Origin: an uncultured Verrucomicrobiae bacterium
GTDB taxonomy: Bacteria; Verrucomicrobiota; Verrucomicrobiia; Limisphaerales; JAFGQR01
Assembly (NCBI GenBank): GCA_963788655.1
Contig: CAWBHS010000088.1
Location: 192,001-256,000 of the forward strand
Direction of reading: 5' to 3'
Length of the DNA stretch: 64,000 bases
Below the pieces are notes generated by a model that saw only the letters and a list, made by a program, of their open reading frames with translations, did no database searches and was not told where the DNA came from. Shown here piece after piece: positions 1 through 10,793 of the stretch (positions are counted from its first letter, which is position 1; each line of letters begins with the position of its first letter). The position numbers and the translations under genes were made by a program.

Positions 1-260
1 GGGGATTGCCGGTGCCGATTGTCGAAGCCGTGGCCTTACACCATCATCCTTCGCGGAACATCAATCGGAAGTTTTGCCCATTGACCGCCGTCCACGTGGC
101 CAACTCCAACGAACACCAGCGTTCAGGCTCAGCTTCATCGGTGACCTTCAACCGTCCGGATGAGAATTATCTGGCGTGGATCGGTTGCCAGGATCGCCTC
201 CCGGTTTGGAACCAAATCATCAATGACATGGTCGTCCAGGGGCTGGCCTGCGCCGCGTAG
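1..260 (+). CDS. HDOD/HD-like signal-transduction protein, C-terminal part (5' truncated by window edge)
   Basis: Reads (W)[16 protein letters not shown]...LTAVHVAN, the typical HDOD C-terminal motif. Confidence 0.75.
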   Translation, partial: GLPVPIVEAVALHHHPSRNINRKFCPLTAVHVANSNEHQRSGSASSVTFNRPDENYLAWIGCQDRLPVWNQIINDMVVQGLACAA

Positions 261-346
261 CGAAGCACCGTCCGCCCAATTTCCTGGCGACGCCAACCGA
301 AGCCGGACTTGCGGCCAATGGGCCAACGTTGTTCAATGCGCCCGGT

Positions 347-551
347 ATGGATTGCCAACAAGCTCGTAACCGAGGAACCTGTAATTGCAGCTATGAACCT
401 TGTCCCCGCAAAGGGATTTGCTGCGATTGCATCAGCTATCACTTGCGGAACCGGGAATTGCCGGCGTGTTGTTTTCCGGCCGAGGCCGAGCGCACGTACC
501 GACCGGTCGTTTGAGAATTTCGCCCGAATGGTGACGGCGGGCCGGATTTGA
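347..551 (+). CDS. Small Cys-rich protein (DUF6485-like), one apparent frameshift near 500
   Basis: [51 protein letters not shown] continues as [11 protein letters not shown] in another frame. Confidence 0.7.
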
Positions 552-583
552 ATCGAAGTTCATCGACCGGGGCGTCTCCAAGC

Positions 584-613
584 AAAACGGCTTGAGGGGT
601 CTTCCTCAAGCCG
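584..613 (-). terminator. Intrinsic terminator hairpin between convergent genes
   Basis: CGGCTTGAGG (588-597) and CCTCAAGCCG (604-613) form a perfect stem, followed by a T-run on the minus strand. Confidence 0.6.
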
Positions 614-657
614 GTTGATATGGGTAAATGACTTGGTGTGGTGCGGGTGAAGGGGAC

Positions 658-1012
658 TTACAACGCGTGTCCTTCTTCTTCAGCGAGTGTGCATTTAGTG
701 GGCGTGTCCACTTCCGTCAGGACATAAACGCCGCCGGCTGGACAAAGCGGTACCGAACGCAGGGTACTTGGCGGTGCCAAACAGGTCGTCCTTTTGGGGG
801 ATGTCATGACCGCTTTTCTTCTCTTCGTTGGCCCAGACCAGTTTGGCATTCTCGATCTGCCGTAGATTGGCGATGCAAGTGTTCTTGCGGCTAAGCGTGC
901 GCGCCCGCACAAAGTTGGGCACGGCAATCGCCGCCACCAAGCCAATGATCGCCACGACGATCATGATTTCCACCAGGGTGAATCCACTCTTGTTGTTCGT
1001 CTTCATATTCAT
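658..1012 (-). CDS. Prepilin-type N-terminal cleavage/methylation domain protein (pseudopilin-like), frameshift near 765
   Basis: KSGFTLVEIMIVVAIIGLVAAIAVPNF...CIANLRQI; C-terminus PLCPAGGVY...KCTL lies in the 658..945 frame. Confidence 0.85.
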
Positions 1013-1377
1013 ATTTCGCCTCTTATTTTCATTGCGGCGTGAACGAGGTTGAAGGCGTTTTATTATTATTGCTTTTGGTCGTTCACGAATTGCCTTCAAC
1101 CATCCGCGTGACCCAAGGTCGTTCAGGTTCAAAGGAATACAACGCTGCAAACCTACGCGTGGGCGGGTAGGGGAATCACTGAATTACACCCCTGGTCGGC
1201 CTTCCGCAATTCTACGAATGCCAAAGCGAACGAGAAACTTGAAATCCGAAAACCAAAGGGATCGAAGCGCAAAACCTTCAGACGGGAAGCAGCTTGGGGC
1301 CGGCAGGGTTCGGAGATTGAATAGGCCGCTCCGAGCTGATCCGGGAGCATGAGGCAGTGCTGCCGAGGCCGTTTACC

Positions 1378-2250
1378 TCATTTCGCCAGCGCCACCAAGT
1401 AACGCTGTAAGCGGGTGACTTCCTCGCTCATTTCCAACAACGAATACGTTTGGTGGAGGTTGGAGCACATCCGCAATAGCATGCGCCGACTGGTGACCGG
1501 AGCCAGATAGCCTTCCTGAAGTCCATGATTGGTTTGCAGGAGGTACTTGATGCAGTCGGCTTTGCTCAAGAATTTGCCGCGGCGAAAGACATCGACGTAA
1601 AGTTGCCGGGTTGTCGATTGGTAACGGCAAATAAAATGTCCCGGCAACCCCACCCCTGCCACGGGCAGTCCCAGGCGTCTGGCCAGTAAAAGATAAACGG
1701 TACACAGGCTGATGGGATTTCCGGTCCGGCGATCAATGACCCGATTCAGGTAACAGTTCTCCGGGTTGTCGCCGTAATCAGGAGTCCCTGTGAATTCCAA
1801 ATGGGCGAACAGGAACTGATTCAGCGTGCCGAGAACAACTTCCGCCGGCGCCCGAAAGTTCAAGCGCACTCGCAGATCACTCGCCCAGGAGTCCAACATG
1901 GCGAGGTAGGCTTCGACGCTGACCTCCGGGTATTGCGTCTGCGCGAGAAGAAAAACGGCTTCCTCGAGATTGAGTTCTTCCCCCTGGTGCAGGCAATAAT
2001 CCAGGAACCGATCATCACCCGTGTTTCGGGCCAAGTGATTGATGATTTCCTGCACGCGCCGGCGCAGCACCGGATCCGAACTTAAGGAAAAAGGGCGCAG
2101 CCATTCACAGGCCCACGGGCCGAAAGAGAGAATTTTGTTCCGAATTACCCGGTAAACTGCTGGATCATCATCTCCCAACAAACTGACCAATGCCGCCCGT
2201 TGGTTTTCGGGCAGGGTCTCCGGAATGGTTGGACTTGCCGCAGCTTGCAT
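1378..2250 (-). CDS. SirB1 / transglutaminase-like (Transglut_core2) protein
   Basis: YLNRVIDRRTGNPISL...GVGLPGHF...RMCSNL motifs. Confidence 0.8.
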   Translation of the reverse strand: MQAAASPTIPETLPENQRAALVSLLGDDDPAVYRVIRNKILSFGPWACEWLRPFSLSSDPVLRRRVQEIINHLARNTGDDRFLDYCLHQGEELNLEEAVFLLAQTQYPEVSVEAYLAMLDSWASDLRVRLNFRAPAEVVLGTLNQFLFAHLEFTGTPDYGDNPENCYLNRVIDRRTGNPISLCTVYLLLARRLGLPVAGVGLPGHFICRYQSTTRQLYVDVFRRGKFLSKADCIKYLLQTNHGLQEGYLAPVTSRRMLLRMCSNLHQTYSLLEMSEEVTRLQRYLVALAK

Positions 2251-2340
2251 AAACCGAATCGACCCCCGAACGCTGCCAAAAATTCGAGGAAATTTCAATA
2301 CAATAATTGAGGGATCGAGCGATGCCCCGACGTTTCGGGA

Positions 2341-2652
2341 TTACTTGGCCGGAGATTTCTGATCCGGAGGACAGTCCGGCTGTTCCTGCACCTGGTTTAT
2401 TACCTCCTGCATGGTTTGCTCCACTAGCGTGCGATGTTCCTGTTGAGCCCGACGGCGGACTGCGCGCACATCCCACCAGGCAACCACGATGGCCGCCACA
2501 GTGAAGCCCAGGCAAAGCAGCCAGTAGCAAACAAACCGATCACCTTCCAGACGCGCTTTAAGCAGCGTCTGGCCTCCGATCAGCAGGCCTGCCGCCATGG
2601 CCAGACATACCGCGCCGAACCAGCGGCGCATTTTGCTAGCGGATTTGACCAC
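2341..2652 (-). CDS. Small membrane protein (2 TM)
   Basis: Two hydrophobic segments followed by a charged tail. Confidence 0.6.
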   Translation of the reverse strand: MVKSASKMRRWFGAVCLAMAAGLLIGGQTLLKARLEGDRFVCYWLLCLGFTVAAIVVAWWDVRAVRRRAQQEHRTLVEQTMQEVINQVQEQPDCPPDQKSPAK

Positions 2653-2791
2653 GCGCGCAAACTACCACCGCGTCCCAGCTCGCCCAAGGGAAAAGGCGAA
2701 ATGCCCATTCCCGCAGATTGCCCATTGCAGTCGGCTCGGTTTTCTTCCACTGTTACGGCCAGATTGAACGAAGCAACAACCGAACGTCATT

Positions 2792-3184
2792 ATGGAAATC
2801 GCAACACAATTGGCCCTGTTTCTCGACAACCGCCCCGGCATGCTGGCGCGCGTCTGCGATGCGCTGGCGGAAGCCCAGATCAACATTTACGCCCTGACCA
2901 CCAGTGACACGATTGATCACACGGTCATCCGCCTGCTGGTGAGCGACCCGCGCAAGGCCCTCTTGCTCTTCGAGGAACGCGGCACGCTGGTCGTGGAAAC
3001 CGACGTGGTGCTGGTGGATGGTGATAACAAGCCGGGTTCGCTGGCGGCGATTTCCCAAAAACTGGCCAAAGCCAAGGTCAATATTGAATACTGTTATTGC
3101 GCTACCCCGCCGAACGCCGAGCAGGGGCTGCTGGTCTTGCGCGTTTCCAACGCCGAAAAGGCGTGCCAGGTTTTGGCGGGCTGA
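2792..3184 (+). CDS. Tandem ACT-domain amino-acid-binding protein
   Basis: QLALFLDNRPGMLARV...NKPGSLAAISQKLAKAKVNIEY. Confidence 0.85.
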   Translation: MEIATQLALFLDNRPGMLARVCDALAEAQINIYALTTSDTIDHTVIRLLVSDPRKALLLFEERGTLVVETDVVLVDGDNKPGSLAAISQKLAKAKVNIEYCYCATPPNAEQGLLVLRVSNAEKACQVLAG

Positions 3185-3584
3185 ACACCGCTGCCATTGC
3201 TGGGCCGGACAAATCATCAAGGGTGACGTGGTTTACGCCAACCCTTTCCCGCCAACGTAGGGATGGGTTGGCGGGAGCAAGTTGTCGGTGGCGTCCAGCG
3301 TGGTTTAGCGTTTGGAACCCCAAGCCGACCCTGCTTTCGCTGAGAGCTTGGCCGACCCTGACCGGCTGACGCCCCCGCACGAAGTGAAGCTGCGTTTGCC
3401 GGGAACCAGACTTGAACGGCGGCTGGATTTTTGGCAGCATTTCGCGGCAGATTATTGCGCCCGGATTCCTTCCTCGGCATCCCGACCATCCTTCGACTTT
3501 GCAGGTTCTGCCTTGCGGATGACAAAAATAGAAAAAAGGGATTGAAGATGCTAGAGATGATGGTAGTTAGAACCGAATTTTGAC

Positions 3585-6500
3585 ATGAATGATTGCAGTC
3601 CAACCCTCCCGCTCGTACGGCGACCTGATGGTCCACCGCCGAAACAGGGCCTTTATGACCCCCAGTTCGAGCATGACGCCTGTGGGGTCGGGTTCGTGGT
3701 GAACATCAAGGGCAAGGCGTCGCACGACATTATTCGGCAGGCGCTGAATGTGAATCTCAATTTGCGGCACCGCGGTGCTTGCGGTTGCGAAGCCAATACT
3801 GGAGATGGGGCTGGCCTGCTGTTGCAGATTCCGCATCGCTTCTTCCAGCAAGCGAGCGCCGATGCCGGTTTCTCGCTGCCCGAACCCGGCCATTATGGCG
3901 CGGGTAACATCTTCCTGCCGGCGGACCAGTCCCAGCGGTTGGAGTGCGAACGGCAGTTCAACGAAATTATCGAGGCGGAAGGCCAAACGGTGCTGGGGTG
4001 GCGTTCCGTGCCCACCAACAATAGCAGTTTGGGCAACACGGCAAAAGCCAGTGAACCGGTCGTCCGCCAGGTTTTTATCGGACGCAATCCGACCTTGAAA
4101 TCCATCCTGGAATTCGAACGGAAGCTCTACATCATCCGCCGCCGGGCGGAAAACGCGATCCGCTACGGAGACGGCGCACCGCTGGAGAGGTTTCTATATT
4201 TGCAGTCTGTCCGCCCGCACGCTGGTTTATAAGGGCATGCTCATGCCGGATCAGTTGGAGGACTATTTCCCCGATCTGCAGGATACCGCCATGGAAAGCG
4301 CCCTGGGCTTGGTCCATTCGCGCTTCAGCACCAACACGTTTCCCAGTTGGGCGCGGTCCCACCCCTATCGCTACCTGGCCCACAACGGGGAAATCAACAC
4401 CCTGCGCGGCAATATCAATTGGATGCACGCCCGGCAGTCGATGTTCGCCCATGAGACCTGTTGGCGACGACATCAGCAAGATCCTGCCCATTGTCAGCAC
4501 CGACGGCAGCGACTCGGCCATGTTCGACAACTGCCTCGAAATGCTGGTCCTCAGCGGGCGGTCCCTGGCGCACGCGATCATGATGATGATCCCCGAGCCG
4601 TGGATCAACCACGAGAGCATGAGCAGACGATCTCAAGGCATTTTACGAATACCATAGCTGTCTGATGGAACCCTGGGACGGCCCGGCCTCGATCGCGTTC
4701 ACCGACGGGGTGCAGATTGGCGCGGTGTTGGACCGCAACGGGCTGCGTCCCTCGCGTTATTACGTCACCAAGGACGACTTGGTCATCATGGCGTCGGAAG
4801 TGGGCGTGCTGGATGTGCCGCCCGAACGGGTCTTGCAGAAGGGCCGCCTCCAACCGGGTCGCATGTTCCTGATCGACACCGAGCAAGGGCGGATTGTCGC
4901 GGACGAAGAAATCAAGCAGGGGATGGCCGCGGCCCAGCCTTACCGGAAATGGCTCGACCAATATCTCGTCAAACTGGAGCAATTGCCCGAGCCGTCCGAA
5001 GTGCCGGAACCGGACCACAAGACGGTGCTGCAGCGCCAGAAGGCCTTCGGTTACACGTTCGAAGACCTGCGCATTCTCATGGCGCCGATGGCCCGCAACG
5101 CGGTGGAAGCGTTGGGCTCGATGGGCACTGACACGCCGCTGGCGGTGCTCTCCGAACAAGCCGCAGTTGCTGTACAACTATTTCAAACAACTGTTCGCGC
5201 AGGTCACCAATCCGCCGATTGACTGCATTCGCGAGGAAATCATCACCTCGACGGAGACCACCATCGGTTCCGAGCGCAATTTGCTCGATCCGCAGCCGGA
5301 GAGCTGTCACCTGATCGAGTTGAAGACGCCCATCCTGACCAACGAGGAATTGGCCAAACTGCGCTTCGTGGCGGAAGGCCAATTCCGGTCGATGACGCTG
5401 CCCATTCTGTTCGATCCCAAACTGGGCGGCGCTGGGCCTGGAGGCGGCCATGGATGAATTGTGCCAAAAGGCCAGCCAGGCGATGACGGAGGGCATCAAC
5501 ATTCTCATTCTGTCGGACCGGGCGTGAACGCTGAACGGGCGCCCATTCCGGCGCTGCTGGCGGTGGCCGGCTTGCACCATCACCTCATCCGCGAAGGCAC
5601 CCGCACGCGCGTCGGCCTGGTGCTGGAATCCGGCGAACCGCGCGAAGTGCATCATTTCTCGCTGCTCATTGGTTACGGCTGCGGCGCCATCAATCCCTAT
5701 CTCGCGTTCGAGACGCTGGACGACATGATTCGCCAGGGCGTGCTGGACGGATTGGACCACGCGACCGCTTGCAAGAAATACGTCAAGGCCGCCGTCAAAG
5801 GCGTGGTCAAAGTCATGTCGAAGATGGGCATCTCCACGATCCAAAGCTACTTGGGCGCGCAGATTTTCGAAGCCGTCGGCTTGAGCCAGCCGGTCATCGA
5901 CAAGTATTTCACCTGGACGCCGTCGCGCGTCGAGCGGCATCGGCCTCGAGGTGATCGCCCAGGAAGCGGCGATGCGTCACCAGAAGGCCTTCCCGCCCAT
6001 GGCGGTCAACGGGCAACGCGCTCGATGCCGGGGGGCAAGTACCAATGGCGCAGCGACGGCGAATACCATCTGTTCAATCCGCGATCCATTCACAAGCTGC
6101 AGATCGCCTGCCGCACGGGCAGCTTACGCGTTGTTCAAGGAATATTCCAGCATGGTCAACGAACAAGCCCGGCAGCTCATGCACGCTGCGCGGATTGCTT
6201 GATTTCAAGTTGGCCCGCAGGCGATCCCGCTGGACGAAGTGGAACCGGTCGAGGAAATCGTGAAACGATTCAAGACCGGCGCCATGAGCTACGGCTCGAT
6301 CAGCAAGGAAGCGCACGAAGCGCTGGCCATTGCCATGAACCGCCTCGGCGGCAAGAGCAACACCGGCGAAGGCGGCGAAGATCCGGCCCGCTACATTCCG
6401 GACGCCAACGGCGACTCAAGAACAGCGCCATCAAACAGGTGGCCTCGGGCCGCTTTGGCGTTACCAGCCAATACCTGGTCAATGCTAAGGAAATCCAAAT

Positions 6501-8232
6501 CAAAATGGCCCAGGGCGCCAAGCCAGGCGAAGGCGGCCAACTGCCCGGCGCGAAAGTCTATCCGTGGATGGCCAAGGTGCGTTACTCCACGCCGGGGGTC
6601 GGATTGATTTCGCCGCCGCCGCACCATGACATTTATTCGATCGAAGATCTGGCGGAACTGATTCACGACCTCAAGAACGCCAATTCACGGGCGCGCATCA
6701 GCGTGAAGCTGGTGGCCGAAGTGGGCGTGGGCACCATCGCCGCGGGCGTGGCCAAGGCCCATGCGGACGTGGTGTTGATCAGCGGTTACGACGGCGGCAC
6801 CGGCGCCTCGCCGCAAACCAGCATCAAGCACGCGGGCCTGCCCTGGGAACTGGGCCTGGCCGAAACGCATCAGACGCTGGTCCTGAACAATCTCCGCAGC
6901 CGCATTGTCGTGGAAACCGACGGCAAACTGATGACCGGCCGCGACGTGGTCATCGCCGCGCTGCTGGGCGCCGAGGAATTCGGTTTTGCCACCGCCCCGC
7001 TCGTTGCGCTGGGTTGCATCATGATGCGCGTCTGCCACCTCAACACCTGCCCGGTGGGCGTCGCCACCCAGGATCCGCGGCTGCGCAAGTTCTTTACCGG
7101 CAATCCGGATCACGTGGTGAACTTCATGCGCTTCATCGCCCAGGAAGCTCGCGAAATCATGGCGCGAACTCGGCTTCCGCAGTTTCAACGAAATGGTCGG
7201 CCGCATTGACTGGCTGGAAGTCAAAAAGGCCATCGAGCATTGGAAGGCCAAAGGCCTGGATTTCACCAATATCCTATATCGCGCCGGACGTGCCGCAAGA
7301 CATCGGACGTTATTGCCAGATTCCCCAGGACCACGGTCTCGACAAAGCGCTGGACAATCGGCTGCTGCTCAAACTGTGCGAACCGGCGCTCGAACGCAAA
7401 GAAAGCGTCCGGGCTACGTTGCCCATCCGCAACGTCAACCGCGTGGTCGGCACCATCATCGGCAGCGAAATCACCCGTCGCTACGGCTTGGACGGCCTTG
7501 CCCGAAGACACCATCCGAATTCGCTTTCAAGGGCACCGCCGGGCAGAGCTTCGGCGCGTTCATGCCGCAAGGGGATGACCTTCCTGCTGGAAGGCGACGC
7601 GAACGATTATATCGGCAAGGGTCTGTCCGGCGGCAAGATCATCGTTTATCCGCCCGAGGGCTCGACGTTTGTGCCGGAGGAAAACATCATCATCGGCAAC
7701 GTGGCCTTTTACGGCGCCACCGGCGGTGAAGCTTACATTCGCGGCATGGCCGGCGAACGGTTCTGCGTGCGCAACAGCGGGGTCAACGCGGTCGTGGAAT
7801 CCGTGGGCGACCACGGCTGCGAATACATGACCGGCGGACGGGTGGTCGTCCTCGGCGCGACCGGACGCAACTTTGCCGCCGGCATGAGCGGCGGCGTTGC
7901 CTATGTCCTGGACGAACACGGCAATTTTTCCACGCCGTTGCAATCCGCAAATGGTCGGACTGGAGAAGCTCGAAGACGCCGACTGAAATCGAAGAAATCC
8001 GCGAGATGATCCAGCGGCATGCCGACCACACCAAGAGCCAGCGGGCGTGGCAGGTGCTGTCCTCCTGGGAACGAGTACGTGCCGCAAATTCGTCAAGGTC
8101 ATGCCCAAGGACTACAAGCGCATGCTCAAGGCCATCAAGACGGTCACTGCACAGGGCCTGAGCGGCGACGAAGCCATGATGGCCGCTTTTGAAGAAAACG
8201 CCAGAAACCTGGCCCGCATCGGCGGAAGCTGA
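3585..8232 (+). CDS. gltB: Glutamate synthase large subunit, broken by more than 10 frameshifts (error or pseudogene)
   Basis: [59 protein letters not shown] occur in order across frames. Confidence 0.95.
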
Positions 8233-8320
8233 TCGGCGTCTGCCCCGCGATGAATCGACTCAAATCATATTTCACCTTGTTCGCCGACGGCGACTGATGG
8301 TATTGAACGAACATAACACG

Positions 8321-9814
8321 ATGGGAAAACCGACAGGATTCATCGAATATCTCCGCGAACTGCCCCTGGACCGGCCTGCGCTCGAACGTCTGCACGACTG
8401 GAACGAATTCCACCTGCACATGGAGGAGGCCGAGCTCAAGCAGCAGGCGCGCGTTGCATGGATTGCGGCATTCCTTTCTGCCACACCGGCAAGCTTGATC
8501 AGCGGCATGGCCTCCGGCTGCCCGATCAACAACCTGATTCCCGAATGGAATGACCTGGTCTATCGCGGGCTGTGGCGGGAGGCGCTCGACCGGCTGCACA
8601 AAACCAACAACTTTCCCGAGTTCACCGGCCGCGTCTGCCCGGCGCCGTGCGAAGGTTCCTGCGACGCTCGGCATTGATCGCCACCGCCGGTCACCATCAA
8701 GAAATCGAGTGCACCATCATTGACCAAGGCTGGGAACAAGGGCTGGGTCGTCCCCGCAAGCGCCCGATGCTCGCACCGGCAAGAAAGTCGCCGTGGTGGG
8801 CTCCGGTCCGGCCGGACTGTGCGCCGCGGCTCAACTCAACCGTGCCGGTCACCGGGTCACCGTCTTCGAACGCGCCGACCGCATCGGCGGCTTGCTCATG
8901 TATGGCATCCCCAACATGAAGCTCGACAAGAAGAAGGTCGTCGAGCGCCGCCTGGAACAGATGACCCAAGAAGGCGTCAACTTCGTCCCCAACACCGAGG
9001 TGGGCGAGCAACTATCCGGCGGACAAATTGCTGAAGGAGTTCGATGCCACCGTCCTTTGCACCGGCGCCACCAAACCGCGCGATCTGCCCATCGAAGGCC
9101 GCGACCTCAAAGGCATCCATTTCGCGATGGAGTTTCTCACCGCCAATACCAAGGCCGTGCTCGATGGCAAGCCCGGCAAGGACTATCATCAATGCCGCCG
9201 GCAAGGACGTCATCGTCATCGGCGGCGGCGATACCGGCACCGACTGCGTCGGCACCTCCATGCGCCACGGCTGCCGCAGCCTGGTGCAGTTGGAAATCCT
9301 GCCGAAGCCGCCGACCGAACGCGCTCCGGACAATCCCTGGCCCGAATGGCCCAAGATTTACCGCATGGATTACGGCCAGGAAGAAGCCGCCGCCAAGTTC
9401 GGCGAGCGACCCGCGGATTTACCTGACGACGGTCAAGAAATTCGACGGCGACGACCAAGGGACACGTTCAAGGCGCTCTCACCGTGCAGATCGAGTGGAA
9501 GAAGAACGAAGGCGGCAGTTTCATGCCGCAGGAAGTGCCCGGCACGGAAAAAGAAATTCCGGCGCAGCTGGTGCTTGCTGGCCATGGGCTTTCTGGGTCC
9601 CGAACAACCGTTGCTCGAGCAACTCGGCCTCGAACGCGACGCCCGCAGCAACATCAAGGCGGACTTCCAGCAGTACACCACGAATCTCCCAGGCGTCTTC
9701 GCCGCCGGCGATTGCCGTCGCGGCCAGAGCCTGGTCGTCTGGGCCTTCAACGAAGGCCGCGGCGCCGCTCGCGAATGCGACCGCTACCTGATGGGCTCTA
9801 CGAGCCTACCGTAA
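8321..9814 (+). CDS. gltD: Glutamate synthase small subunit, multiple frameshifts
   Basis: [64 protein letters not shown]. Confidence 0.95.
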
Positions 9815-9897
9815 TTCGGCAACATGCTGCCGGCCTCCCGCCGGCAGAGCCGAATGAGGTAGGACGTTGGAATAGACGACTAACTTCGCGCGTCATT

Positions 9898-10263
9898 TCA
9901 GACTGTCTGGTCGATCCAAACGCGCGCCAGATCGGCATCCTTTTGCTCAAAGTAACGAACTGTGGCGGTTGTGAACGGCCGGCAGAACTGGGCCAGCCAC
10001 CGTTCCCATTGCCGATCGCCGATCATGGCCAGCCGGTCGATGTGGGCGAAGTGTTTCACGTCGAACTTGATTTCCTGCCATAAACCGGAGGTGTCCCACC
10101 CGTGGAAGTCCTGCATGTCGAGGAGCACGGAGATTTTGCCGTGTTGCTCCAGCAGGCGCTCAAAGGCCGGCACGAAATGGTGGAAATCGTCGGCGGTGAG
10201 TGTGCCGCGCAAGTGGAGCTCGAAGACTTTGCCGTGGTGGAGTTCTGTGAGGGTGACGGGCAT
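9898..10263 (-). CDS. STAS/SEC14 (SpoIIAA-like) domain protein
   Basis: LHLRGTLTADDF...DFHGWD...IDRLAMIGDRQWE...VRYF. Confidence 0.85.
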   Translation of the reverse strand: MPVTLTELHHGKVFELHLRGTLTADDFHHFVPAFERLLEQHGKISVLLDMQDFHGWDTSGLWQEIKFDVKHFAHIDRLAMIGDRQWERWLAQFCRPFTTATVRYFEQKDADLARVWIDQTV

Positions 10264-10277
10264 AAGGTTTAGGGAGT

Positions 10278-10778
10278 TTAACGTTTTGGTGAAGTCGCGG
10301 GGGAGGGGGGCATTTCGCTGCTCAACCTTCGGGTGTAGCGGCTTTCGAGGGCCTGCACTTTTGCCAGGCGCCGCCGATGCCGCTCTTCGTTGGAAAATTT
10401 GGCTTCGAGAAACGTGCTCACCAACTCCACCGCCACCGCTTCGCCGATGACCCGCCCTCCCAGCACGAGCACATTCATATTGTCGTGTTCGACCCCTTGG
10501 TGCGCGGAGTAATGGTCGTGACACAAGCCCGCCCGCACTCCCGGAATTTTGTTCGCTGCCACGGACGCCCCCACGCCGCTGCCGCACAGCAGAACGCCCC
10601 GTTCGGCTCGTCCTTCGGCCAGCGCGAGGCCGACGGCTTCCGCGAAGTCGGGATAATCCACCGGGGCGGTTCCGTGCGTGCCGAGGTCCAAAAGTTCATG
10701 GCCCAGCTCCAGTAACAACTCCTTGAGTTGTTCCTTCATTTCGTAACCGGCATGATCCGCGGCAAGGGCAATCTTCAT
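10278..10778 (-). CDS. rpiB: Ribose-5-phosphate isomerase B
   Basis: [43 protein letters not shown]. Confidence 0.95.
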   Translation of the reverse strand: MKIALAADHAGYEMKEQLKELLLELGHELLDLGTHGTAPVDYPDFAEAVGLALAEGRAERGVLLCGSGVGASVAANKIPGVRAGLCHDHYSAHQGVEHDNMNVLVLGGRVIGEAVAVELVSTFLEAKFSNEERHRRRLAKVQALESRYTRRLSSEMPPSPATSPKR

Positions 10779-10793
10779 AAGCACAAACGCTGA

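Noticed and set aside
3185..3584. ORFs, a hairpin (3246-3277) and a 10-bp direct repeat upstream of gltB
   Set aside because: No coherent protein; the hairpin lacks a U-tract and cannot be assigned a function from sequence alone.
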